64,000 nt of DNA from an uncultured Bacilli bacterium (GTDB taxonomy: Bacteria > Bacillota_I > Bacilli_A > RF39 > UBA660): assembly GCA_947629255.1 (NCBI GenBank), contig CANRDF010000002.1, forward strand, positions 44 to 64,043, written 5' to 3'. This document shows, in pieces, positions 37,304 through 46,782 of this stretch. Made by a program: the position numbers and the translations under genes. How positions within the stretch are numbered: position 1 is the first letter of the stretch; every line of letters starts with the position of its first letter. The notes beneath the pieces were generated by a model. The model did not search any database. It saw only the letters and a list, made by a program, of their open reading frames with translations, and was not told where the DNA came from.

Positions 37304-38577
37304 CTTTGCAATCCTTTCTTCATCTTTAATTTATCTTTTAAATATATTATCCATGCTATTGCTACAAAAAATATAATCATTATAGAATAATTTACAATTA
37401 CTATTGTAAACTCAATTAGTAAAATTGTTAAAAACATTAGTTTATCGTATTTTTTATAAAAAATTAATTTTCGTATTAATGAAAAAACTGGAAATAAATA
37501 AATAAATGTTATTAAGATGCCTCCTTCTGCAATCAAATTAAATAATCCCATGCTTTGCCCATATGATATTCTTCCTGGAGCCATAAAATTTTTAACTATA
37601 TTTTTATTTTGATATCCAACGCCAAAGATAGGATTAGTAGCAAATGCTTTTAAAGTAGCAGCCATATCATCCACTCTTAATGAAAAAGAAGGAACCTTTA
37701 TTTTATCGTATATTGCAACAATCATTAAAAGTAGTGCTGCAAAAATTATGACATAAATAAATTTCTTTTTTTCTTTTAGAAATAGCCTATTTTTAGTTAT
37801 ATATTTTTTCATACAATAAAATATTATTATAAAAGACATTAAAACTATTCCTATTGTTGAAAAGGTACTGATAATTGTTAAAACTAATATTATAATATTT
37901 TTATAGTTAATTTTATCTTTTAGAAGAAATTCATATGCAAAAGATATTAGTAAAGGAAAAGAAAACATGGAAGCTTCTGCAAAAATTCCGCAATTTCTTA
38001 TACGATATTTTCCAAAAATAGGTGACCATTGTGATTCAAAATAAAGATTAAAGTAAGACGAAATTTTAAAATTAGTATGCTTTATATAAACATAATTAGT
38101 TGGAAGAAGCCAATGAAAAACACTACCAAATACATAAAAAAATAGTGATATAATAGATATGACTATTGTAATCTTTGAAAAAATATCAAAAAATTTTTTT
38201 ATGTTTTTTTCATTAATAAAATCATAAAAATTTATAATAATTAAAGGAAGCATAACTGCAAATTTCAAAAAAAATGTTAATCCATTCGTAATGCTTATAT
38301 TTTTTAATAGTAAATGAAATATTGTGTAAATAGTAACTATGATTACTATGGAACTTAAAATAAATATAATTTTTTTAAATAAAACGAGTTGCTTATTTTT
38401 TATTTTCCACACAAAATGTAAGAACATTATTAGCAAGAAAATTTCGGAAATAAATAAATTAGGCGTTCTTAGTCCATCGTAAACACTTCCACAAGATATT
38501 ATTAATATAAATGTGATTAAATATAAATAAAAATTATCACAATGTTTTTTTAAAAAAGTTAAAATCCTTGTTTGCAT
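37300..38577 (-). CDS. O-antigen/oligosaccharide polymerase-like membrane protein (Wzy candidate)
   Basis: 425 aa, about 10 or more TM helices, located inside the GT/Wzx cluster. No sharp sequence motif recognised. Confidence 0.6.
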   Translation of the reverse strand: MQTRILTFLKKHCDNFYLYLITFILIISCGSVYDGLRTPNLFISEIFLLIMFLHFVWKIKNKQLVLFKKIIFILSSIVIIVTIYTIFHLLLKNISITNGLTFFLKFAVMLPLIIINFYDFINEKNIKKFFDIFSKITIVISIISLFFYVFGSVFHWLLPTNYVYIKHTNFKISSYFNLYFESQWSPIFGKYRIRNCGIFAEASMFSFPLLISFAYEFLLKDKINYKNIIILVLTIISTFSTIGIVLMSFIIIFYCMKKYITKNRLFLKEKKKFIYVIIFAALLLMIVAIYDKIKVPSFSLRVDDMAATLKAFATNPIFGVGYQNKNIVKNFMAPGRISYGQSMGLFNLIAEGGILITFIYLFPVFSLIRKLIFYKKYDKLMFLTILLIEFTIVIVNYSIMIIFFVAIAWIIYLKDKLKMKKGLQR

Positions 38578-39285
38578 TTATACCATCTTCTTTCTTTTAA
38601 AATATTCCTTAACAAACAAATATCTATTTTTTATCATTTTTCCAATAGGATAATGTGTCAATCGAGAAACATTATTTCCATGTCTTCTATATTGTATCAA
38701 AAAATTATTAATAAATATAGATTTTCCATATTTTTCACATAAAATTCCAATCCATTGGTCATGCATTTCAATATTACCTGGAATTGGTAAAATTTTATCT
38801 TTCAATTTTGCATCAAAAGCCATGCAACACCCTACATAAGAATTTTTAATAATATTTTTTAAAATACCAGCACCAGAATTTCTAAACTCGTATAAAGTCA
38901 TCCCAATATCTTCTAAGCTTGCATCTACCATTTTTGCATTATGTACTACTAATGAACAATCATTGTCTTGAAATGTTTTTAAAACTGTACTCACTTTATT
39001 TGGCATCCAAACATCGTCTTGGTCTGATAGGAAAATATAATCTCCTGTACAATTTCGAATGGCATTATCAAAATTTAATTTAACGCCTTTTTTAGGTCCT
39101 TCTACATATTTAACTCTTCTATCTTTAGAAATAAATTTTTTGATGATTTTTACTGTATCATCGGTAGAACCATCATCTGAAATTATCAGTTCATCATTTT
39201 TTCTTAAATTATTTAGTATAGAATCTATTTGCTGTGCAATATATTTTTCACCATTGTAAGTTGCCATTGCAACTGATACTTTCAT
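38578..39285 (-). CDS. GT2 family glycosyltransferase
   Basis: Canonical N-terminus MKVSVAMATYNGEKYI, plus SDDGSTD and SDQDD. Start placed at 39285 (AAGGAGG upstream); the ORF track extends to 39309. Confidence 0.8.
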   Translation of the reverse strand: MKVSVAMATYNGEKYIAQQIDSILNNLRKNDELIISDDGSTDDTVKIIKKFISKDRRVKYVEGPKKGVKLNFDNAIRNCTGDYIFLSDQDDVWMPNKVSTVLKTFQDNDCSLVVHNAKMVDASLEDIGMTLYEFRNSGAGILKNIIKNSYVGCCMAFDAKLKDKILPIPGNIEMHDQWIGILCEKYGKSIFINNFLIQYRRHGNNVSRLTHYPIGKMIKNRYLFVKEYFKRKKMV

Positions 39286-39290
39286 ATTCT

Positions 39291-39890
39291 CTATACCTCC
39301 TTTTGCCATTTTTCATATTCTTTTAAAATTTCTGTATGATATTTTGAATCATTAGACCATGGTCCATTTATCATTGTGTTTGTATATAATGAATAATCTA
39401 CTTTAATTATCCCTTCAGACTTTTCAAAGTAATTAAAAACTGCTATCTTTAATCTTGATTTTGGAAAAAATGTTTTTATCTTTTCTTTTGCTTGTGCAAT
39501 TGTATTTCCTGAATCTACAGAATCATCGACAAGAAGAATTTTTTTGGCACGTTTGTGTTTTCCATATTTTTTTTCATCAATTAAAATCATTCTTTCTGGA
39601 TTATTTTCATGAAAGGAAGAATTCATTTCTTTTTTTCTTAAATAAACATTTAATTTTTTTGGAATTAATTTTAATAAAGGTTTTAAAATTTTTTTTAATT
39701 TATTACCTTTTCTTGATGCTTGAATCTCTAATAAAGGAACATTATTTAATTTTGATAGTTCTTTACCTATTAGGTAAGCTCCTTTTGCTACAAATATTAC
39801 CAAATCATAATCATAATTTTGAATAATTTGATTATATAGTTCTTTACTTTTTTCTTTTACATTTTCTATTGATAGCTCTACATATTCCAT
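39291..39890 (-). CDS. phosphoribosyltransferase-domain protein
   Basis: 199 aa with PRPP-binding loop ILLVDDSVDSGNT. Confidence 0.7.
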   Translation of the reverse strand: MEYVELSIENVKEKSKELYNQIIQNYDYDLVIFVAKGAYLIGKELSKLNNVPLLEIQASRKGNKLKKILKPLLKLIPKKLNVYLRKKEMNSSFHENNPERMILIDEKKYGKHKRAKKILLVDDSVDSGNTIAQAKEKIKTFFPKSRLKIAVFNYFEKSEGIIKVDYSLYTNTMINGPWSNDSKYHTEILKEYEKWQKEV

Positions 39891-40572
39891 TTATATCACC
39901 TTTTCCTATCATTTTTAAAAGTTTAGCTATTTTTGTCCAAAAATGTGCTAATGGATGCGCATATTTTTTAGAAATTACTTTTCCTTGTTCTATAGCCTTT
40001 AATATTTTTTCTTTTGAAATATCTTCAAGAAATATAGAATTTCTTCCAAGTTCAAAAAAAGTATGTGAATCTCCGCCAATAATGCCTCTCAAATTATACT
40101 TTTTTGCAATTTCTTCCTGACGTTTTGATATTTCTTTATCTCTATTCCTGCCATTATGAATTTCAATCAAATCAATTGCTTCTTTATTATCTTTAATACA
40201 TTTTTCCTGCAAAACAGTCTTATATCTATAAGGTTCATAAGGATGAGGAATATATACTAATCCTCCTTGCTTTTTTATTTGTTTAATAGTTTCTTTAGCA
40301 CTTAAATTTGGTTCAATCTTATTTTTTAAAAAAAGTCCAATGATTTCTCCTTCTTTTGTAAAAATCTCTTCTCCAACAATTATACTTATTCCATACTTTT
40401 TAAATTTTTTTTGAAACTTCTGAGCTCCTTTAACTTCATTATGGTCTGTAATTACTAAACATTTTATATTTCGCAATTTGCACATAATGCCTATAAATAA
40501 TGCTGTAAGAATACTGTCATGTGAAAACCTAGTATGTACATGAAATTCTGTTTTCATAATCCACCTACTCAA
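39844..40572 (-). CDS. PHP-domain phosphoesterase
   Basis: 242 aa with motifs FHVHTRFSHDS, ITDHN and GGDSH. The true start may be MKTEFHVH at 40557. Confidence 0.75.
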   Translation of the reverse strand: MSRWIMKTEFHVHTRFSHDSILTALFIGIMCKLRNIKCLVITDHNEVKGAQKFQKKFKKYGISIIVGEEIFTKEGEIIGLFLKNKIEPNLSAKETIKQIKKQGGLVYIPHPYEPYRYKTVLQEKCIKDNKEAIDLIEIHNGRNRDKEISKRQEEIAKKYNLRGIIGGDSHTFFELGRNSIFLEDISKEKILKAIEQGKVISKKYAHPLAHFWTKIAKLLKMIGKGDINGICRAINRKCKRKK

Positions 40573-41569
40573 TTGTCACATTTTGATTATTGGATTGAAG
40601 TTGAATATAAGTGTTTCCATCACTTAGTTTCACTTCACTTCCATCTAAATAAGTATAAATCGTTTTATCTGTTCTAGTCTTTTTACTCCATTTAATTGGT
40701 ACAGCATAACCATTCGTAATGAAATAGCCATTTCCACTTCCTACAGTTTCTAAATCCCAATAATAATTATCACTGGCCATTTTTGTATTAATTTTTTGAA
40801 CAATAATATTTTTTGTAGTAAATTGTTCTTTTGTTTCATGGTCAATGTTAGCACTTCCATTGACAAACCTTTTATAAACTTTGTTAACTTCATCATATTC
40901 ATAGGTTGTATTTAATGTATTACTTGAAGGAATATATATTTTATTAGCTACTTGACTTTGTTCTTCTTTAATCAAACTCACATCATTTGGATCATAGTTT
41001 AAAACTAATCCTTTTTCTGTTGTGCCAGCAAAACTACGACTTGTAGCAAATTCTCTTATATTACCAATGCTTGTATAAGCAGTATGTTCAGTGGCTAAAT
41101 TTTCTGGATTGTTTCTCCAAAATGGTTTTGCATGTACAACTCCATTAATATAATTTATACCTGTAGAATTCATATCATCTTGTGCATAATGACTCCAACC
41201 ATAACAAACGAATATTGCATCTTGCTCAAAAGCGTAATCTAAGAAATTATGTCTAGCACTTCTTATTGTTCCAATCATTAGATCATTGATATCTTTATAA
41301 AATGCAAGTAATCGTGTAATTCCACCTTCTACCGGAATTTCATAAACCATGTATGCTTGTTGTAAACCCGTTTGTACTTTTACTGCAGCTGGTGAATTAT
41401 TAACTACTACAGCATAAGGTCTAGTTTTAGAGTATATATCGATAATATCAACTGTTTCTACAATAGGATTTTCTTCTTTTTGTTCATTTTCTTCTATTAC
41501 TGGTTCCTCTTTTTTACCACATCCTACACATAAAAAAGATACTAGAAAAACAACAAATAACTTTTTCAT
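40565..41569 (-). CDS. DUF3048-like lipoprotein
   Basis: 334 aa. Lipobox LCVGC after the signal peptide. The core YMVYEIPVEGGITRLLAFY resembles DUF3048. Confidence 0.7.
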   Translation of the reverse strand: MKKLFVVFLVSFLCVGCGKKEEPVIEENEQKEENPIVETVDIIDIYSKTRPYAVVVNNSPAAVKVQTGLQQAYMVYEIPVEGGITRLLAFYKDINDLMIGTIRSARHNFLDYAFEQDAIFVCYGWSHYAQDDMNSTGINYINGVVHAKPFWRNNPENLATEHTAYTSIGNIREFATSRSFAGTTEKGLVLNYDPNDVSLIKEEQSQVANKIYIPSSNTLNTTYEYDEVNKVYKRFVNGSANIDHETKEQFTTKNIIVQKINTKMASDNYYWDLETVGSGNGYFITNGYAVPIKWSKKTRTDKTIYTYLDGSEVKLSDGNTYIQLQSNNQNVTIE

Positions 41570-42252
41570 TACTTCGCACCATCTTTCTTTATTACAGCAA
41601 ATATAGTATCAAAAATTATTTGTAAATCTAGCAAAAATCCACAATGGTCAACATAATAGAGTTCCATTTTTATTCTTTCGTCATAAGAAATATTACTTCT
41701 TCCATTACTTGCCCAGTATCCAGTAAGTCCTGGTCTTACACTTAAAAATTTATCTTTATTCTTTTTATATTTTTTGACTTCATCAGGCACTACGGGTCTT
41801 GGTCCAATCAAAGACATATCCCCAATAAAAATATTAATAAATTGAGGAAACTCATCTAAAGATGATTTTCTTAAGAAATTCCCAATTTTTGTAATTCTTG
41901 GATCATTTTCTATTTTTCTATCTCTTAAATATTCTGCCCTTTTCTCAGGATTATGATTTAACCAATTTTTAAGTATTTCATCTGCATTAGGTACCATAGT
42001 TCTTAATTTAAAGATTCTTATTTTCTTTCCATGTTTTCCTAATCTTGTTTGTCTATAAAAAATTGAATGAAAATCACCCGTACAAACATAGGCAATCTTA
42101 ACTCCAATTATAATAGGCACTAAAGCAATTAAACCAATTATACTACATAGTATATCAAACACTCTTTTGCAACCAAAATAAAAATATCTTTTTCTATGAT
42201 GAACATAGTTTGTTGTCATAACTAACTCTTCACTTTCCATATAAAAATTCAC
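41569..42252 (-). CDS. undecaprenyl-phosphate sugar phosphotransferase (WbaP/CpsE-type initiating transferase)
   Basis: 227 aa with one TM and bacterial sugar transferase motifs (FKLRTM, DPRITKIGNFLRKSSLDEFPQ, SLIGPRP). Confidence 0.85.
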   Translation of the reverse strand: MNFYMESEELVMTTNYVHHRKRYFYFGCKRVFDILCSIIGLIALVPIIIGVKIAYVCTGDFHSIFYRQTRLGKHGKKIRIFKLRTMVPNADEILKNWLNHNPEKRAEYLRDRKIENDPRITKIGNFLRKSSLDEFPQFINIFIGDMSLIGPRPVVPDEVKKYKKNKDKFLSVRPGLTGYWASNGRSNISYDERIKMELYYVDHCGFLLDLQIIFDTIFAVIKKDGAK

Positions 42253-42738
42253 CCCATACCTCTTAGGTCTGATAACATTTTAACATTTATTCAATATGAC
42301 TTCAACTCTAAATTTCACAAATTTACAATATATATGTAATATATATAGTTTTGTCAAACAAAAGGTGACAGAGTCATGACAGTCTAACGACGGATACATG
42401 TTGTAAACACAAAAAAATTGATACGCCATGTTTTTTTTTGCGTATTTGATGATTAATTTTTGGTTTACTCATAGATTTTTCATTTCTTTCCAAAAATTGA
42501 GTTGGATTGGTTTGAAAAACTTAGTTTTGCCTTAGGCAGACGGTAGCTTGCTATTTGTTTGCTGAGCCTCTGCCTTATCATCACATCATCGGTTCCTGAA
42601 ATTTTGATGGCAAATTGGAATAACATATCACACTTCTATTTTAATTGCACAAAATGTCACAAATATTGTACGTTAGAAAATTAAAAAAAGTTAAACTAGA
42701 ATTGGCTGAATGTTTTCATAGTAATAATTATATCAGCA

Positions 42739-44253
42739 TTATGCTTTTCTATTATATTTTTTATAATGTTTATGCACAAAATCGTTTTTTAGTGAATTTG
42801 AATGATTGCATTTCTTTATGACTTTTGTTTTAATTATTTTTGCTTTTAATCTGTATATCCCATTTTGTAATAATGGATAAATTAAATCAATAACAATTGA
42901 TAAATCAATAATCATACATAAATAAAGAGAAGGATAAAAGTACCTTATTTCAAAAGATTGAGTATTAATTAAGTATGACCCATAATAAAATAATGATAAC
43001 ATAAATATTAACAAATATTTTTTTCTGTTTTCATCGTTCTTAAACCATTTTATCAAAATTAAAATCAAAGATAATAAAAATGTTACCCATGGTCTTAATG
43101 TGATAAGCGAAAATGCTTTTACCACTTTTTCATATAAATCAACAAATTGATGCCGTCTTTTGCCATCATTAAAATTATATTTTTCCATTATATTATATCG
43201 ATCATAATCATACTCAACATATCTAAGAGGCTGAATAATTCCTAAATTATATCCTATAAACTTTTGCTTTGCTATCAAAAAAAATTTTGTTTCTTTAAAA
43301 ATAAGATTTAAATATTTTGACAAAATAATTTGAAAATTTCCCTTATTAGAAATATTAGAGAATGTTATTTTTGTGTTTAACAAAGGTACAACTGATTGAT
43401 ACGAAGATTTTTCTATAGCAATCTTAGTAGCCGATTCTCCCCAAACATCATCAAGATACTCTATGTATTCTTTTTGAGTCGTTTCATCCATTTCTTGAAT
43501 AGTGCTTACAACTTCCCATACAAATCCTGCAGATACGCTTGATAAAGTTGTTATATTTAGAATCCACGAAAAAATTGGAACTAAGATAAAACCTAATATC
43601 AAAGATGCTATGCTAGCTATTTTTTTTGTTTTATTCATTTTCATTTTTAATACATAAAATACTAAAACAGGTATTATTGTAAAAGCATTGGCTCGATACC
43701 CGAAAATTGTAAACGAAAAAAATACTAGTAAAATAAATTCTATAACATTATCAAGTTTTTGTTTTTTTATATTTATCTTATCAAGCAATAAAACATAAAA
43801 AATTATACTAGCCACGCACAAAACTGAAGCTTCATAGTAAATTGATACACAAAATATTAATGGATTTAATCCCCAAAAGACATACTGAATTTTTTTATAA
43901 TGCTTTGCAAGTCTTTTTATTAACAAAAAAGTTGCCAAGAAAAATAGTGTAGCTTGCAAAAATGTATATGTTGCTATATTTCCAGTTAAAAATTTACAAA
44001 TTGCCATATAAAACGAAGGTATTACAGTTAGCCAACTACTAGCTACTATTGAATTTCTCTGCCCCATGAAAAATTTTCTCATGCAATCCAGAATTGTATC
44101 CGCAAAAGAAACACGTGTGTACGAATCTGAATACCATACTCCTGGATATGTAATAAATGTGCAAAACAAAGCCATTAGAAAACTTATAATGATTATATTC
44201 ATATTTTCTTTTAATTTTTGTATATAATAACTTTTTTTTAAATTACTTTTCAT
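42739..44253 (-). CDS. polytopic membrane protein (GT-C-like glycosyltransferase candidate)
   Basis: 504 aa, about 10 TM in the N-terminal half, a soluble loop, then C-terminal TMs. The first loop carries WYSDSY. Function is inferred only from topology and neighbourhood. Confidence 0.5.
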   Translation of the reverse strand: MKSNLKKSYYIQKLKENMNIIIISFLMALFCTFITYPGVWYSDSYTRVSFADTILDCMRKFFMGQRNSIVASSWLTVIPSFYMAICKFLTGNIATYTFLQATLFFLATFLLIKRLAKHYKKIQYVFWGLNPLIFCVSIYYEASVLCVASIIFYVLLLDKINIKKQKLDNVIEFILLVFFSFTIFGYRANAFTIIPVLVFYVLKMKMNKTKKIASIASLILGFILVPIFSWILNITTLSSVSAGFVWEVVSTIQEMDETTQKEYIEYLDDVWGESATKIAIEKSSYQSVVPLLNTKITFSNISNKGNFQIILSKYLNLIFKETKFFLIAKQKFIGYNLGIIQPLRYVEYDYDRYNIMEKYNFNDGKRRHQFVDLYEKVVKAFSLITLRPWVTFLLSLILILIKWFKNDENRKKYLLIFMLSLFYYGSYLINTQSFEIRYFYPSLYLCMIIDLSIVIDLIYPLLQNGIYRLKAKIIKTKVIKKCNHSNSLKNDFVHKHYKKYNRKA

Positions 44254-44334
44254 ATTTACTCTCCTTCATCACAAAACAATTAAATCTTAACATAATTGCA
44301 AGATGATTGCAATAGCAATAATTAATCATTATTA

Positions 44335-44388
44335 GTAAAAGCTAACCCTCTTGGATTAGCTTTACTTACGCTTGCAAATGAAATAAAT
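44335..44388 (-). repeat. 53-54-nt repeat containing a terminator-like hairpin (copy A)
   Basis: GTAAAAGCTAACC..TTAGCTTTACTTACGCTTGCAAATGAAATAAAT with stem AAAGCTAA/TTAGCTTT (44338-44345 / 44356-44363). Second copy at 46548-46600. Confidence 0.7.
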
Positions 44389-44390
44389 TT

Positions 44391-44633
44391 TTAAATATTT
44401 GGAGTATTTTTACCACGCCAAACTGTAACTTGTGTAATAATCATTTTGTCATCAGGACTTAATTTTTGAGACATCGCTCCAAATATTTCTGGTAAATCTT
44501 GAGTACTAAATACTTGATATGTATTATCAAATAATTTTGTATTGTATTGAAATGATTCTACATAATCAATAGCATCTTTCTTACCATTACAATCATTATT
44601 AGCAAATTGAAATGTAACAATATAACTATTCAT
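44391..44633 (-). CDS. small hypothetical protein (tandem paralog 2)
   Basis: 80 aa and roughly 75% identical by eye to the 81-aa neighbour. No family recognised. Confidence 0.5.
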   Translation of the reverse strand: MNSYIVTFQFANNDCNGKKDAIDYVESFQYNTKLFDNTYQVFSTQDLPEIFGAMSQKLSPDDKMIITQVTVWRGKNTPNI

Positions 44634-44669
44634 TATTCTTTCTCCTTTCTTTTTTCTTACAACTCTACA

Positions 44670-44915
44670 TTAAATATTTGGAATATTTTTACCTCTAAAA
44701 GAAATAGAGTGTGCAATAATCATTTTATCATCAGGACTTAATTTTTCAGATATAGCTCCAAATATTTCTGGTAAATCTTGGTTACTAAATACTTGATATG
44801 TATTATCAAATAACTTTGTATTGTATTGGAATGACTCTACATAATCAATTGCTTCTTTTTTACAGTTACAATCTTTAGTATCTGAAAATTTAAAGGTTAT
44901 AATATAACTATTCAT
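44670..44915 (-). CDS. small hypothetical protein (tandem paralog 1)
   Basis: 81 aa, MNSYIITFKFSD...YVESFQYNTKLFDNTYQVF. GGAGG-like RBS (gggaggaag) upstream. Confidence 0.5.
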   Translation of the reverse strand: MNSYIITFKFSDTKDCNCKKEAIDYVESFQYNTKLFDNTYQVFSNQDLPEIFGAISEKLSPDDKMIIAHSISFRGKNIPNI

Positions 44916-45032
44916 AAGACTTCTTCCTCCCTTCTATCTGATAAAGTAATTAAGTTAACCCATACACATGATCTTCTATATTTCATTCATCCTTTATCAT
45001 CTTCAGAATATCACTAATTAAAATAAAATACA

Positions 45033-45061
45033 ATTATAAATTAACGGTGTACCGTTAACAA
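45033..45061 (-). promoter_or_regulatory. promoter with palindromic operator TTAACGGTGTACCGTTAA in the spacer
   Basis: The minus strand reads TTGTTA (45061-45056), a 17-nt spacer, then TATAAT (45038-45033). The 18-nt perfect palindrome is at 45041-45058. Confidence 0.55.
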
Positions 45062-45142
45062 TTGTTAATAAAATTTTGATTTAAAAAATTAGTTTTTTAT
45101 GAATTAACGATTCCAAATCAAAAAAAAAGAAATAGAATTTTT

Positions 45143-45451
45143 TTATTTTCTATTTTCTTCTTTTAACTTTTCAATTGCTGTTATTGATAATCCTGTGACT
45201 TCAGATATATAACTTATATCAGATTTTCCTAACATTGCTTTTGCAATTTCCATTCTTTCTTCTTCAACTGCTTCTTCTTTAGCAAGAGAGATTCTAGTAT
45301 TCGTAAGACGCTCTTTGTCTTCCTCTTCAGAAACTGTCCTTATAAATGTTCCATCACTATTTAATATATACATTTTCTGATCAAACTCCTTTACTAATTC
45401 ATCTTTCTTCGATAACTCCACAAGTTCTTCTTCACTTGCTCCTAACATCAC
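45143..45451 (-). pseudogene. C-terminal fragment of an Rpn/PDDEXK_2 (YhgA-like) recombination-promoting nuclease gene
   Basis: Carries only the C-terminal tail (..EIAKAMLGK..ISEVTGLSITAIEKLKEE), typical of this family. About 190 nt are near-identical to 53449-53770. Confidence 0.6.
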
Positions 45452-45486
45452 TAGCCATGTTCATTATATGTTCTATCCCATTTTCA

Positions 45487-46343
45487 TTAATTTTGATTTA
45501 ACTTTTTTTGTAACTTTCTAATTTTTCCTTTTGTTACACCTGTAACTTTAGAAATTTTGTCTATTCCAAGTTCTGGAGTTTCCTCTAACATAGACTTAGC
45601 TATTTCAATGTTACGTTTCTTAGCAGCTTTTTCTTGGGCAATCTCAATTCTTGCATTCATAAGTAACTCTTGATCTCTTTCTTCAGATATTGTTCTTGTA
45701 AATGTATTATCACTATTTAATACAAACATTTTCTCATCAAACTCCTTTACTAGTTCATCTTGTTTAGATAATTCCATTAATTCTTTTTCATTTGCACTTA
45801 ACATCACTAAATGGATATTCTCTTTCTCGCCTTGTATGTTCTTATGATAACACTCTTTTTTAATTGTTGCAAGATTGATGGTTATAATTTTATAATTTTT
45901 TACATATGGTTTTAATGTTTTCGGATTTAAAAGTTGATAAACTTTTTTTTGCTCTCCTTTTTCTTCTCTAATAAAATTGAAGTCTATATTATGTGTACAA
46001 ATTCGCTCTTGGTATCATATTTATTTCCTCTTTTTACTTTCTCTGAATAATAAGAATTAAAGAAACAAAGGTTACGAACTCTTGTGGCTTCACCAAAAGA
46101 TGTATTTACTTCCACATGAGTATATTTTCCATCTTTTGTTTTAAGTAAGACATCTAAAACTTTCACTCTTTCTTTTTTATTACGAACAGGAAGTTCCGTT
46201 GGATAAAACTTTAAGACTTTCACTTCTTGTTCTAAAACTTCCTAAGCACGCGCATTCATAAATTTCGTATTATCAGGATTTACAAAAACGGTTTTAAAGA
46301 TTCGATCAATTTTAGCAGTTAAATAAGCGTCTTTTTTTGCCAT
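45487..46343 (-). pseudogene. Rpn/PDDEXK_2-family nuclease/putative transposase, disrupted
   Basis: Reads MAKKDAYLTAKIDRIFKTVFVNPDNTKFMNARA, then TAG (about 46244), then EVLEQEVKVLKFYPTEL...LDVLLKTKDGKYTHVEVN. A frameshift follows at about 45984 and the C-terminal tail runs to 45487. Confidence 0.7.
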
Positions 46344-46547
46344 AAGGATCATTTTCCCCCCCTCGAGTGAGCTATTCTACAACAAGGGGGGGTATGTCGA
46401 AACTTGTCGAATGATGTCGTCCAAAATTATATATCACCTCTTTTAATTATTTTTAGATTCTTAACTTTAAAAATTAGGAATAACATAGAAACTTATTCCA
46501 TTTTTTCTTGTTTCTTTCTCATTAAAAGCAAAAAAATTCAAGAAAAA

Positions 46548-46600
46548 GTAAAAGCTAACCATTCAGATTAGCTTTACTTACGCTTGCAAATGAAATAAAT
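46548..46600 (-). repeat. 53-nt repeat with terminator-like hairpin (copy B)
   Basis: Same sequence as 44335-44388 except in the hairpin loop. It lies about 70-120 nt downstream of the 46668-46696 promoter, with no ORF in between. Confidence 0.7.
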
Positions 46601-46667
46601 CATTTTTGATAAAAAATAACTTTTATCTTTTTTAGAATATCATTGTTTAAAATAAAAAGCAATAACA

Positions 46668-46696
46668 ATATTAACGGTACACCGTTAGTATATCAA
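46668..46696 (-). promoter_or_regulatory. promoter with palindromic operator TTAACGGTACACCGTTA in the spacer
   Basis: The minus strand reads TTGATA (46696-46691), a 17-nt spacer, then TAATAT (46673-46668). The palindrome is at 46671-46687. Confidence 0.55.
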
Positions 46697-46741
46697 TATT
46701 TTTTTGCTTTTAAAGTAATCGTTTTAATTTATTATTTTTAA

Positions 46742-46768
46742 CTAAAAAACTGTTACCAAAAAGTAACA
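46742..46768 (-). terminator. rho-independent terminator after the HicA-like gene
   Basis: Stem TGTTAC/GTAACA (46751-46756 / 46763-46768) followed on the minus strand by GTTTTTTAG. Confidence 0.5.
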
Positions 46769-46782
46769 ATTCTTAAAAAAAT

